Shown here: positions 1-12,848 of the stretch, one piece after another
Layout: each line of letters starts with the position of its first letter
Numbering within the stretch: the first letter of the stretch is position 1
DNA from: Gekko japonicus
Lineage: Eukaryota
DNA: 64,000 bases
Assembly (NCBI RefSeq): GCF_001447785.1
Contig: NW_015161415.1
Coordinates: 208,266-272,265 of the forward strand
Direction of reading: 5' to 3'
The notes under the pieces: generated by a model
What the model saw: the letters and a program-made list of their open reading frames with translations, nothing else
Told to the model about the DNA's origin: nothing
Databases searched by the model: none
Made by a program: the position numbers and the translations under genes

Positions 1-2759
1 TGTAAGAGAGGTAGGGGGAGAGGGGAGGAAGCAAAGGTGTGAGGAATGGGACAACCATCCCGCAAGTTTCTTGTGGGGCTCCACTTGTTCTTGTAGCTTC
101 TAGTCTCAGTTATAAAACTTTGTTAGTGCCCTTCTAAAGGACTTGATGATAATCCATTTTCACTTGACTTTCAGACTGTAAACAAATTGAATGGACATAA
201 GATTTGGCAAGACAGTAAAACAAACAGGGTTTGGTGTATGATGTTAAAAATAATCTTCAGCCACCCTTCATATAAAGGAAATTCCTACCACACATCAAAC
301 CAAAAATTAGAGAAAGAGAGCTAAACCACATAATTTCACCAAAGTATACCCTTATTTGAATAAATCATCCATGCAACAAGGAACAGAACTTAAATTTCTC
401 CACAGCCTTTTTCAGCAAATTACACTTCATCAAGTGCTTCAAACCCATTTCCTAGGGCATATACTTTTTATGGATTTTAAGAGCATCTGCATCTGACTCT
501 TTCTAGAGTTTCTGGCACACGTACTGTCAGGTAGGAAATTATTTATTTCAAATTATTTTATTTTCTCAGTGGTAATGGGCTTCAGATGATTACACAAGCT
601 TTAACTCTGATCCTATACATTTATGATACATAGTCAAACCCATCCAGCATTCATTGCACTATCAGACACTTTTATCTGCACAGCTTTTAACTTTAAAGAA
701 AAGGAATCTTGGTATATTCTCTACATTAAACAAAATGATTGGTTAATGTTAGATGAACACTAAATGTAGTTATTTCTTAAGATGCTCTTGATATATTTAT
801 TAGGATATACTAATTTTACATAGGTATACCATTGTTCATAGAAACAGAGGTCAAACAACAGCAAATTATGTAACATTTTACAGTCCCTAGTCAAGCATTT
901 AGAGCTTGAATCTATTTTCCATGGCACAACAATAGCAGAATATAGGTCTCTCATCCTCTTGACCCCTTTTCTGAGAAAAGCTCCTTTTCCCTTCTCCAAG
1001 CTATTCATCTATGTATGAGCCAGCCATTTAATGTACTTGTTCAGTAATATCTTTGCCACTATCAAAATCAATTATTTCTAAAACATTTCATATAAAGTAT
1101 TTCATTTAAAAATGAGTTGGAAAATGAGTTCATTTAAAAATGAGCAGCATACCTGGAAGAACTGAAAGTTTAAAATATATAGGAAAAGATTATAATTGAT
1201 ACAAAGCTAGCAATTTATGGCCAGACTTAGATAAGGAAAACATGATGAAGTAATCTAGCTGGAGGATGTAGCTGAATGTTGTCTCCAGTGGGAACACTTT
1301 GGAAGAAAGAAGACTCCTTAGCCTCCTGCTCTAAATAAAGCCATACAGGAAAGTAAGCATTTAAAATCATTTTGTTAGCAATTTTTGGGAGTTTGGGGGA
1401 TCAACGTGAAGTAGAACAGCCATTGTAAAGTAGAGGGTAGTTGGGGAGAAAAATATATGTCACGAAGAAGAAAGTTGCTTAGTATTCTTCAGTAGCAGTC
1501 AAACAGGGAACTTGTAGGAGACAAAAGAAAGTATAGGGGGTAATGCAACTACATTATTGAAATTATAAACATATCTAAAATTATTAGTATCAAAAAAGAT
1601 TATAGGGACAGATTTTATAGAAATGGTTTAGAAGTGAAAATCTAGTCAGCTTTTAAAACATTTCCTGTGATTAACTTGGATTATTATATCACTTTTTCTA
1701 CAACTAGGTTATAAAAACCATTTTAAACATTGTGTAAGCCTTTGCATAGCTTTTGTTTACTGCTTTGTTATTTGAGAACATACGGTGAATATGTGCTTTG
1801 AAAACTGGGTAAAGTACAATAGACAGCTAGAATTTATAGCCATAATAAGACTCCAGCCATAATAAGACTCCCATCAGCTTTCTGATTTTGATTTATTATC
1901 ATACTCTTTAACACTGGGAGGGGACTTTGGCTTTTATAGAAAAACACATGTTTTGTGATACTTGGCAATCAAAACAGTTAACTACACAACATTGTGTTTA
2001 TATTTTCAGCTCAAAAGCAACACTGTAAGCTTGACTTTCTAATTATATTCTGAAATAAAGCACCCAACTTTCTCTCTTAATACTGGCTGTGAAGCTGTTC
2101 CACATCATAATTATATTTTAGTCTATTTTATTGTTTTGCAATGTCTAACCATGAATTAACTGGTTACTGAATACTCATTACTTTTGAAATCAGAATTTAG
2201 GAGGTAAAGTAACAAATAATGAATTTTTTAGAATTGTGAGAATGAATTTTGCAAGCACCTTCTCAAATTGCTTTATGCAACATTTTAATCTTTGCAGCAC
2301 ATTAACCATAGAAAGGGAAAAGTAGAAAAACTATTAGAACATGTTAAACCTATTCTAGAGCTCTATAGATATCTAACAAAAATAAGAAAAGGAGTAAACA
2401 CCTTGAATATGCAAAATGCACAGCTTCTCTTGAATTGTACTATCCAAAATTATAGGGAGTTAATGGGAAAAGACAGTAGATTGGCACATAATCTGATGTC
2501 AGATATAAACACTTTCTGTAAGTGGATCAACACTTTTGGATCCAAATCTCAAATTTAATGCCAAAGTTTAAAGCTTCAGATAGCATTCAAATTGACAAGG
2601 TAAAATATAATTTTCTTAGCTGGGACAAGCAACGTCAGGCATGCTCAAAGGCAATATGCAGCAAGATTTTTTTTCTTTGAACATGCTAGTACAGACTACT
2701 TTTAAAGTTGGCTGAATTCCAAATGCAATTTGTCACATGGCTTGAAAGTCTGATAAACA

Positions 2760-2920
2760 AAAGCCAATTTTTCCCTTATATGTATGGAATTAAGCATATA
2801 GGCTTCGGCTTGTGACTTGTCTAAACAGCTGTTTCGAAAAGCTTGGAGGGGCTTCAACCACATTCAGACACTATTTAGCTAACTATGCACAAAGCTTGTG
2901 AAAAAGTTTCACCAAGTCAG
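2760..2920 (+). other. OMD: Possible non-coding first exon / promoter region of OMD
   Basis: OMD needs an upstream non-coding exon because an acceptor lies just before the ATG. This apparently unique sequence has CCAAT near 2764 and a donor CAG|GTAATT at 2920/2921. An alternative donor TTG|GTGAGT is at 8786/8787. Speculative. Confidence 0.25.
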
Positions 2921-2944
2921 GTAATTTCCCCCCTCAGTCTATTA

Positions 2945-3643
2945 TCTATATATCTAATTCTGAAGTCGCCCCCTGGTGTGCCGATACCTAAATCCGCGCA
3001 CCGGGGGCACCTGGGGGGGAGGGAGAGTTTTGTGCACATGTGGGGCGGTCCCCAGGTGTGCACAAAAATCTTAAAACTTTAAAAAACTATCGGAGGGATA
3101 CTTCAATCTCCCCAAAAGTCACAGAGCGTCCCTTTCGCATGCGCAGGGAACGCTCTGCGACCTCCCTCAACGATGACGACGACGCTTGGGGGGGAAGAGA
3201 GCAGCGAGGCCGAGCGGCAAACCGCTCAAACCTCGCTTCGGAGACCGGGGGGCCTCGCTTCGGATCGGGGGGGCCTCGCTTCGGATCCAGGGCGGAAGAG
3301 CTTCGGAGCCGGGGGGGAGGAAAGGGGGGAGATTGAGTGGGGGGTGGAGGAGATGGGGGAGGAACTGGTGGGATGGGGGGGAACTTACCTCCTCCTCCTG
3401 CTTCCTCCTCTGCCTCAGGTGTGGAGGTCCCTCCCCCCCGCGAGTATCGCGGGTCCCGCCCCTTNNNNNNNNNNNNNNNNNNNNNNNNNNNATGGGGGGA
3501 AGGCAAGGGGGGAAATCGAGGGGGGTGGAGGAGACGGGGGAGGAACCAGCGGGATGGGGGGAACTTACCTCCTCCTCCTGCTTCCTCCTCTGTCTCATGT
3601 GTGGAGGTCCCTCCCCCCGCGAGTATCGTGGGTCCGCCCCTTG
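2945..3643 (+). mobile_element. Non-autonomous Helitron-like element (GC-rich, duplicated 3' portion, spans N gap 3465-3491)
   Basis: A|TCTATATATCTAATT start; subterminal hairpin CCCGCGA-GTA-TCG(C/T)GGG; ends CTTG|T; no TSD. Confidence 0.6.
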
Positions 3644-5144
3644 TTTATTATTATTTATACAGTGCTGTCAGAATGCATGTGAATTTTCAGAGTTTCCTCA
3701 ACAAAAAATGGACAAGTTATCACCCTCAAAATTTCATAACCTAAAATCAAAACTGGAGAAAAACAACAAAGAAAACTGTTAGTAGAGATAAATGCGAACA
3801 GTGAAAGTGAAGGGAATATGGCAGCACTGAGGAAGTGGTCTAAGGGAAAGGATCCTCTGAGATCTCTGAAAGGTACAAAAGAGTTTCAAGGTTAGAGATG
3901 CAGAGCAAGGGTAGTCCAGTGGGTAGAATATTAGCCTAAGACCTGAGAATCCTGGGTTCAGATCTCCACATTATTGATCCAGTCACACTTTTTCAGCCTA
4001 ACTAGTTTCACACTTTCTCATAGGGTTGGGAAAGGGAAAAGCACATATGGGCCCTGAATTCCTTGGATAAAGAATGGGATAAAAATGGGCTACATAGAGC
4101 AGTGATTAGAAATTTTTCTGGCTTTCATAACGTTGTATTTAAGTTGAGGGGCATTCCAAGGCAGGGAAAATTATCTGCCAAGCTTGTCAGTTTCAGAGAG
4201 TCAATGTCTGGGTAAAATACAGGGCAAAATAGAGGAAACTGCAGTGCAGAAGTTGACTTGAGACATGGAAGTATGCATCATTGAGATCGACAACGCAAAC
4301 CAAAGAGGTTCTAAGAAGTACAATCATTTGCAATTTTCTTGTTTGGATGAAGGCGGACCTATATCAGAAACAAGATGGGACAAAGACTCCCTCCTTCTTT
4401 AGGGCCCTAGAGTACAAGGAGCAGGAGTCCTTGAACTTTTAGTAGGAAGATCACACATTATGGTATCCTTCTGTAAGACAGCAAAGACGTGGAAGGTAGG
4501 CAGTGTTCCAGAAAGTAGTTTTTAAGGGGCTGAAGAGGAGAAGAAAAACAAATCTGATGACATAGTCTGAGCAGATGATGGTGAGAATACCATTGTTTTC
4601 ATTTTCATAACCTCAGCTGGCAGGTACTGACATAAGTGAGAGCTGAGATCGATGGCCCAGGCTAGCTTGATCCTGTCAGATCTCAGAAGCTAAACAGGAG
4701 CAGCCCTGGCTAGTACTTGGATGTAGGGCTGCCAACTCCCCCGGTAGGGCGGAAATATGCAGAATAAGATAATGGCAAACTACCCCCATTAGTCTCTTGC
4801 CCTGAAAATCCGACAGAGTTGACATAAGTCACCTGCAACTTGAAAGCACTTTATGAAAACACACTTTGAAGCTACAGCTGAGCTGGACTGTTGTGACGTA
4901 AAGTGAGTCTTAGTGTAGAAACAATGGGACACTGCTTAATATTGTGAAGAAGGACAGCGAAAGCTCCTCCCATTGCTGCTTCTGTGGCACTTGAAGAAGT
5001 GAGTGGGAAGACTAGGGCTACAAAGTCCCAAATCAGAATCCCAACAGTATGCCTGCGAAGAGACCACAAAGAAGCTCCCACTCTCCTGGCTTTCTGCAAA
5101 CTATGCAAAACTGAAGTTTTTTGTGCACAGGTAATAGGGTTGCA

Positions 5145-5481
5145 GGAGCTGCGGTGGCTCAGTGGTTCAGATCCTGAACTGCAGGCTGGAGGGTCAGTAG
5201 TTCAGCAGTTCGAGACCTGAGTGCTACATGACGGAGTGAGCTCCCGTCTCTGGTTCCAGGTCCTGCCAACCTAGCAGTTCGAAAGCAAGAAACTGTGCAA
5301 GTAGATAAATAGGTACCACTTCAGTGGGAAGGTAACAGTGTTCTGTGCACCTCGGCGTTAGTCATGCCGGCCACATGACCACGGAAACGTCTTCGGACAG
5401 CACTGGCTCTTCGGCTTGGAAAGGGAGATGAGCACCGCAACCTGAGAGTCGGATTCGACTGGCTTTCGAGCAAGGGAAACC
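5145..5481 (+). mobile_element. Sauria SINE, full length
   Basis: tRNA-like head; diagnostic CCTGCCAACCTAGCAGTTCGAAAGCA and GTAGATAAATAGGTACC; TSD TAATAGGGT(T/A)GCA. Confidence 0.9.
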
Positions 5482-8145
5482 TAATAGGGTAGCACTACAC
5501 AAAATGGTTGTACAAACGTTGCTTGGATAAATGATTAGGAACAGTGGTCTATACTAGTAAGTTGGATGCTAGTATGTAATTTCTGTACTGCTTTATGTGT
5601 CTTGGTGAATACTATGCTATGCTTCAGTTCTTTCTGGTTGTTCCAGACTTCTAATATCCTAATGCATTGGTTACTGAATATTCCATTTTGTTGATTGTAC
5701 TGGCTAACTAGGTGTAATCTGCCTTGAGTCCCTGTGAGGAAGGTAGACTATACATAAAGTAAAAAAATAATAAGAACCGAAGCTTATTTGTGTTTAGTTA
5801 TAAGAAGCTCACCAGTCAACAAAGTATACATTATGTACTGTCAAGTTGATTCTGACTTATGGTGACCTCAGCAAGGGGTTTTCAAGGCAAGTGAGAAGCA
5901 GGGGTGGTTTGCCATTGCTTTCTTCTGCAGATTCTTCCTCAGTGGTCTCCCATTCAAGTACCAACACAGCTTAGTTTCCAAGATCTGACAAGATCAGGCT
6001 AAAGCATGCCGCCTTCCCTTATGAATTTTCTATAGAAGGGCTGAATTAGTGAGCAAAATATTACTGGAAGGGCTTGCAAATATCAGACTGGAAATATGAC
6101 TGAAATTCTCATTAAAAGTTCTCTGATCACAATGGGTGATGTTTTGGATGGACCCAAAAGGACTGTACTATATGATCACTTTATGTTGCTAACAACTCAC
6201 CTTCGTTTCTTTTTTTAACTGAAAGACTTCTATCAAAGTTACATTATTAAGTGGAGATTTCAGTTATGTTTTATGGCTCCTCCCTGATTGGCTCTCAAGA
6301 CATTAAAGTAATATCTAGTAATTTCAAGCCTACTAATGGTGGGGAGAGGAGTTAAATATATCGGAAATGAAGGTATAGTGTTGCATTTTAAAATTACTGT
6401 GAGCCATTTACAGGATATATTTGGTAAAAAATAACATAAATCAAATAAATATTTTCCTCCTGATGTCAACTTTTATAGAGATGAAGATGTTTACATATGT
6501 AGAACCCAGAGTATCACTCAGTTCTTCTGGCCATTATGCTGCTGGACACTAGGAATTTCAATTCCCCTTCTTCACTGCAGTCCCTCCATGCCACATGGCA
6601 TTTTATCCACATCCCCTAATTTCCAGCTTTATCCTTTCAAGATCTCAAGGGGAAGCAGGAAAGACTTGCCTATGTCAGCACTCTGAATTTGAATTCTTAG
6701 GATCTAACACCCCTCTCCTAGGATACCTTTCCAACACTCCACATAGCTCTTCCTGTCCCTGGAACCATGAGGTTTTATTCCCAGTAAAATTCACTACTTT
6801 CCCTTTCATTACAGAAGCTGAGCTATACATATGCTGTTTGCTGGTAGTTTTTTTCTTTGAGCAACTAGAATGTACATAGAAACAAATGACACTTGAGTGA
6901 CCCCTGAACCCCAGTTCTAGAGTTGAGACATCTTTCTCACTCTACATGGCCACTGAACCTGGTTCAACTCTATTTATCTAGAAGACAAAAATCACAGATG
7001 GAAGAGGAACCACTCCTATTGTGTCTGAAGTTGGAACCAACCCATAATGGTGGAAGAAGGATGACAGAAAGACATCATGCCAGGAGAATCAGGCCACAAT
7101 TTTATTGGTTATAGGTTCCTCAAATTTTGCCACAGGATTGGTTGGGCACAGTGGGTACAGTTCACAGCCCAATTACTGTCAGCACTTTCTTCAACCCACC
7201 TGTTGGCATCTCCGAGGGCAGAGGGCTGGTGTTAGAGCTGGAAGTGGTGGCCAGCCCAAGGTGGCTGTGCTGAGCCCCCCCCCCAAAAAAATCCTTTGAT
7301 CATGCAGGAGCCCTGGCCTGCACAACCTGCACTATACTCCCAAGCCCTCAGCCAGCTCCTTTTTACCCTAAACTGCAACCAGAGGGAAACCTAGAGTTCC
7401 AGGTCCCTCTCCCCCCCTTGCCAGGCAGCCCCTCGGAGACAGGCTACAGGAAGCTGCTTGATATCTGCCTGGCTTACAAGAAATCTAGGCCCATCCCCCC
7501 CAGACATCCTTGCTTCCCCCACACACAAATGGTTCCCCTAGCCAAATGGCCTATCAGGAAGGAAACATGTCATTTTCAGAGACAGCCTAAAGAAAAAACT
7601 TCAGAAGTAATTACACTACAGTTAGGAACGTCCAGTAATTATATCAGTGTGATTTGCCACAAAAGTCTCTTAATTGTCACTACCAGCGAGTCATTTTTGT
7701 CTTCATATGTGACCAACCAAATTCTTCCTCTTGAAACACAGTGTATGCAGCTATTTCCCAGGGAACTGATTATTTTAGTCCATTCCTCATGAATTTTCTA
7801 GTCCCACTTTGCTCCAGATTTAATACAACCTGGAGGAAGTTTTTTCCTCCTTCCTCCAGTTTTGATTCAAAGAAAGCCAAGAAAGAAAGAGAGCCAGTTT
7901 GGTGTAGTGGTTAAGACTGGTGGACTCAAATCTGGAGAACCGAGTTTGATTCCCCACTACACATGAAGCCAGTTGGGTGACCTTGGGTCATAGAATCATA
8001 GAGTTGGAAGGGACCTCCAGGGTCATCTAGTCCAACCTGCTGCACAATGCAGGAAATTCACAAATATCTCCCTCTCCACACCTCCAGGGACCACTGTTCC
8101 ACACCCAGAAGATGACAAAAAACCTATTCTACAAGAGGATTTATA

Positions 8146-8560
8146 TTCTGGCTATAGTCCCTATCAGTGTTCCCTAATGTGAGCTAGCTCACAGTCTTTT
8201 AGCCTCAGGCTCACACATTTTTGTATCAGCTCAGGAAGGAGGACTCCAGAGCAAACTAGTTTATGCAGTAGCCAAATTGCTCATTCACAACTTTAATGCC
8301 AGCAGCTCACAAAGTAGGATTTTTACTCACAGGACCAGCTTAGAGGAAACATTGGTCCCTATTGTCCCGTTCAATTTTTTTGATCTTATTTTCCCTAATA
8401 TTTTTCTCAAAGGACCTTAATTCTTCTTCCATTGTTTTAATACGAGCACTAAAATCATCAGCAGGCATAGAAGTTTGAATTTTGTCTTCCATGTTTTTAA
8501 TTTCCTCATCCAGTTTTTCCGATTCTTGCATGGCCTGATCTATGTAGACATGGACCTTTC
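8146..8560 (-). mobile_element. Penelope-like ORF fragment, split by hAT MITE copy 1
   Basis: Coiled-coil-like peptide ending KIKKIERDNRD, continuing YSQN once the MITE is removed; KKxxRDxxDY is recalled from Penelope-like element ORFs. Confidence 0.45.
8165..8354 (+). mobile_element. hAT MITE family A, copy 1
   Basis: TIR CAGTGTTCCCT.../...AGAGGAAACATTG; 8-bp TSD GTCCCTAT. Confidence 0.9.
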
Positions 8561-10944
8561 ATGCTTTTTAGGATAGGTTTTCCTTGTCATATAGTGTTTA
8601 AGTCCGAATAAGTATAAGTATTATAACTTTATGATGCAGCAAAATAGGATCGTGTTCCTTTTAAATAAAATGTCTGAGAAATATATATAGGCTTACAACA
8701 TATCAGAAGATTAAGGCATTCTAACTCTTGATAGCGCAGAGCAGATTGGATTGGAGCCTGATATGAAGATGGTTGTTTCCTATTTGGTGAGTGCCTGTCT
8801 CTTTATAAATCCTCTTGTAGAATAAATTCAATAATGATTATATAGGTTATCCTATAATGGCTTATAAAATGTAAAATGATTTTACCTTAGGAATGTAAGC
8901 TTTGACAAGCAAGGAAAAGGACTGAAGAATATGAGACAACACTCAGTTAATGGTACATAAGATATTTTATTATAAAAATTTCCAATCTGTATTTCTTGTG
9001 ATTCTCTTTCTGATACATGTAAAATTGCAATATTTGTTTCATAGCAAGTTGTTGAATGGGAGAATTTATTTCTGAGGAAGCATAGAATCGAAATGAAGAC
9101 ACAAACCGGAAGCTTCGTTAAAATAGAATATATTGTGATTCTCTTACTTCTTATATGTAACCTTTTGGTAAACTTATGTATGTAGCACTTTATTAATTGT
9201 TTTCACATTGTATAAATTTATATTTTGCATAATTACGTTTCCCAGGTTGATTCTGTAATTTTGATCCTTTGCAACTGGGAGGTCTCTTTGTATTTATCAG
9301 TCCTATAATTAAGAACAGAATTCTTCCACAAAAGGTACATGCTTGGCCTTCCCTTTCAGAGCCCACTCATATCCATAGAGTTACTCAAGCCTCTTACGTT
9401 TTGTGTATCATATGTGGTCATATACTCCTCTCCTGATTTAATAATAGCTGCCCATCTGAATGAATGTTCTTAATCAGAACTGGATTCTCTATTGGATCTC
9501 AGGAGTGGAAGCTCCCTCAGTCTCTCTTGCCAGTCTTTTCTCCTTGCTTCCTTCCTGCTCTTGAGTGGGATAATCTGGGATATCCTGGAAGTTTTGGTAT
9601 CCTAGTTCTTGCATCTTGATGCTTTTAAGGCATAAAGCCTCACAACTTCATCACCCAATCAAGATATTTTTATTGCTAACATGTGGATCACTGCTTTGAA
9701 TTGGTATCTGGCCTAATTGGATTGGAAGAAACCACATAAGAGTGCTGCTCCGACCCAAGCCAGTAGCTCTACAATTTAAGAACTACAATGCTGCAAAACA
9801 ATTAGTTTCTCCACATTGGTTTAAAGAAGCTAGTATTGTAAAGGTGGTTTCCACCTTTACTGTAACACAGTACTGATATGTAAAGTACATATATGTCGGA
9901 CTACGTGTAGTAACGTATGGTTTATTCGTAGTGGCACATTGCTCTTAAGTATTTATTCTCTGAGACTAAGCCACATTCAATCTTTAACAGAGTTGCAGTT
10001 GTTTTTACATGGCATCTTTTCAGAAGACCCATCATTATGACGGGTCACATCAACTTAATTATGGCTGCCAACATGGCACAAAGCTTCCTTTCTGGCAAAG
10101 ATTTCTTTACTTTCTATCTGGCAAAGATATCGCTACTTTCCTTCCTTTCCCCCTTATCACCACAAAATGGTAATACTTTTTTCCTATTCCTACTTTAGCC
10201 TGCTATTCAGATTAAATCATCTACTCACATTTTAAACTGTTTAAATGAACATCACATAAATTATTCAATTATACTTAAAAATATAAAATATATACAATCT
10301 CTTTGAAAATGAGTACAAGGTACCAACAGTCTGATAACTGTTGTACTTACGAAATGGTTTTCAGTTGAAAAGTAGCAACCATTTATGCTAACACATTGTC
10401 TGCTCACGTTTCATGAGAATTGATAGCCGAATGAAATAGGTGGAACAGACAATGCAGTGATGTGATATGCAAAATACCTACCTAAAATGTTAAACTAATA
10501 CAGTTTGGAACTAAATAAAGCTGCTGGTGTGCCTTGCTCTCTCTGCAAAGGCAGGACTGGGCCTATGGAATGCTCTCCCTCCAGGCCTTAAAAATCTTTC
10601 ATTCTTTCCTCCAGAGCAGATGGAGAGAACAACGCAATCCAGAATGTTCTACACTGCTGAGAGAAAAGGCTATTCTGCCTTTAATGAATACCAAATAATC
10701 TACTAAGAAGTTGACACTCAAGCTATATACAAACAAGGTTTTGGCTCCGAAACCTTTTAAAGTAACTTTTTTTAAAAGTCTCCAAACAGTATGATTATGT
10801 TAATCCATAGTCCAAACATTAAAAGAAAACAGATTACTTCTTGCCAATTACATAAATCCTAGTACATCTTGTACCACAATTTTATTATGCACACATTTAA
10901 TCTGATTTTCTTCTTCCCACAGGATACCACATCAGTGCTTGAAC

Positions 10945-11881
10945 ATGGGAATCCTAAATCCACTCTTAATTCTCTCTCTTGTCTTTGGAGCCACAGTGTT
11001 CTGTCAATATGATTTTGATGAATTTGAGGATGAATTTGAAGATGAACTGGATAATGAATATCCATCTGTTTTTCATATTCCTAGTGTGGAATACGCTATT
11101 CCTTACCCAGCTTTACCTGCTGAATGTGCCAAAGAATGCTTCTGCCCTCCTGCTTTCCCAAAGTCAATGTACTGTGATCATCGTAAACTCCGGACAATAC
11201 CAAACATCCCTTCTCACATCCAACAGCTCTATCTGCAGTATAATGACATTGAAGCTGTCCTTCTGGAATCCTTTGTGAATGCCACTGCCTTGAGAGAAAT
11301 TAACCTTAGCCACAACAAGATTAAGTCTGATATGATTGATACTGGTGTCTTTGCCAAACTTTCAAACTTAGTACAACTCCACCTAGAACACAATCTGTTA
11401 GAAGAAATTCCATTTCCTCTGCCCAGAGGCCTAGAACGTCTGATCCTTGGTTTCAATAAAATGTCCAAGATATCTACACAAGCCCTGGAAGGTTTGGAAA
11501 ATGTGACTATGCTTGACCTCTGTAACAACAATCTCGTTGATTCTGAAATAAAAGGAAAACACTTTTCAAGTATGCAAAGCCTAATGCAGCTCAACCTCTG
11601 CAGCAACAGGCTAGAATCCCTGCCTCCTGAGTTACCATTTTCACTTCTATATCTGTCTCTTGAAAATAACTCAGTTTCCTTCATTCCAGATAATTATTTC
11701 CAGAAGTTTCCAAAAATTATTGCTCTAAGACTGTCACACAACAATCTGCATGAAGTTCCATATAATGTTTTTAACCTGCCTAATCTTGTGGAACTCAACC
11801 TTGGGCACAATAAACTGCAGCAAGTATTCCACATTTCAAGAAGCCTGCAGCATTTATACTTAGAAGATAATGACATAGAAG
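10945..11881 (+). CDS. OMD: Osteomodulin, first coding exon (signal peptide, acidic N-terminus, class II SLRP Cys cluster, LRRs)
   Basis: Acceptor ttcttcccacAG ends at 10922; ATG at 10945 ([24 protein letters not shown]). CX3CXCX9C motif ([17 protein letters not shown]) and LxxLxLxxN repeats; [14 protein letters not shown] resembles OMD. Donor G|GTTAGT after 11881 (phase 1). Confidence 0.96.
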
Positions 11882-12812
11882 GTTAGTTAATGACTTTTCA
11901 CTGTCCTCTTACTTTAAAAAAAGTTATTGGAATGTTTATACTAGTTTTGATCCTTCCTAAATACCCTAAGATTATGAATTATAGGCAGCAAAGGGGAATA
12001 GGAGGTAAATTATCTTCATAATTCTCTTAATTCACTCAGTAATTGTTTTGATTTTTGTATTAGCTATTTTATAATTTATATTGCTTCTTAAATAGCTTGC
12101 AAGTCATCTCATGAACAATCTGATTTGGTAAACAGGGAAGACATTTTAAAATAAATGCATGTTCTTCCATGCATGAACTTCCCCATCCAGGTACTTACAG
12201 TTAAAAAGTATACCCTGCCACTAGAAACTGGATGCAGTTTCTAGAATATAAATATAACAAATTATCATATACAGTAAGATAAAGCATTATTAATAAGAAC
12301 CTGGAAAAACAAGGTGATATATGAATCAACATACAGTATTTGTCAGAACAATGACAGAGAACCTTAAACCTAATAGAGAAAACAAGAAGGAATGTTTTTT
12401 ATTTAATGAGGACTAATGTAAATTATTCCAGGATCTTTCAGCTAAGATGTTTGAAGTTGGAAATTCAGTCTGGTAGAAAAAATACAGATTGGAAAACACT
12501 TTGGTTTAAAATTCCAGTAAGAACCAAAATACTTAACTCAGTAGGAGAGACTGTTCTGCTCCTGTGAATTTTATAAGGGCTTAAAAAGAACTAGTGTAGC
12601 ACAGCAGTTAGAGCAGGTGTTCCCAATTCTGCTGAGCTCATTGACATTTTTGGAATTTTGAGAAATGGTAGTGGGCACTATCATAAAATGGAAAAAAGAG
12701 AGCAATATATCTGATCCTAAGCAACCTCAGTTAGAGTGGAATACGCAGACCTAGGAGGCACAGGTTCAAATCTCTAATTGATCATGAAGTTCACTGGGTG
12801 ACCTTGGGCCGG

Positions 12813-12848
12813 ACACACACACACTCACACTCTCTCTCTCTCTCTCTC
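12813..12848. repeat. (CA)n(CT)n microsatellite within a degraded SINE
   Basis: Directly visible. Confidence 0.8.

Noticed and set aside
1-2600. ASPN terminal exon or a further CENPP exon
   Set aside because: No recognisable asporin or CENP-P peptide; the short ORFs here (760-1008, 2292-2558) have no identifiable motif.
3040-3782. Stack of overlapping GC-rich ORFs as a gene or CpG-island promoter
   Set aside because: Low-complexity Gly/Pro frames spanning an N gap, inside a TE-like element with Helitron-type ends.
4640-4850. 5S rRNA gene (also 39020-39245 and 52621-53058)
   Set aside because: Diverged, partial 5S similarity followed by a SINE body; these are SINE heads.
8680-8786. TATA-like run plus GTGAGT donor as OMD exon 1
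   Set aside because: Plausible but unsupported; it lies in a rearranged, TE-bounded segment and competes with the 2920 candidate.
11229-11684. 151-aa antisense ORF over OMD
   Set aside because: Shadow frame of a real coding exon, with no independent features.
10939-11886. ORF-track boundaries for OMD (and likewise OGN) as single-exon genes
   Set aside because: They use non-ATG starts and run into introns; the true limits are set by splice sites.
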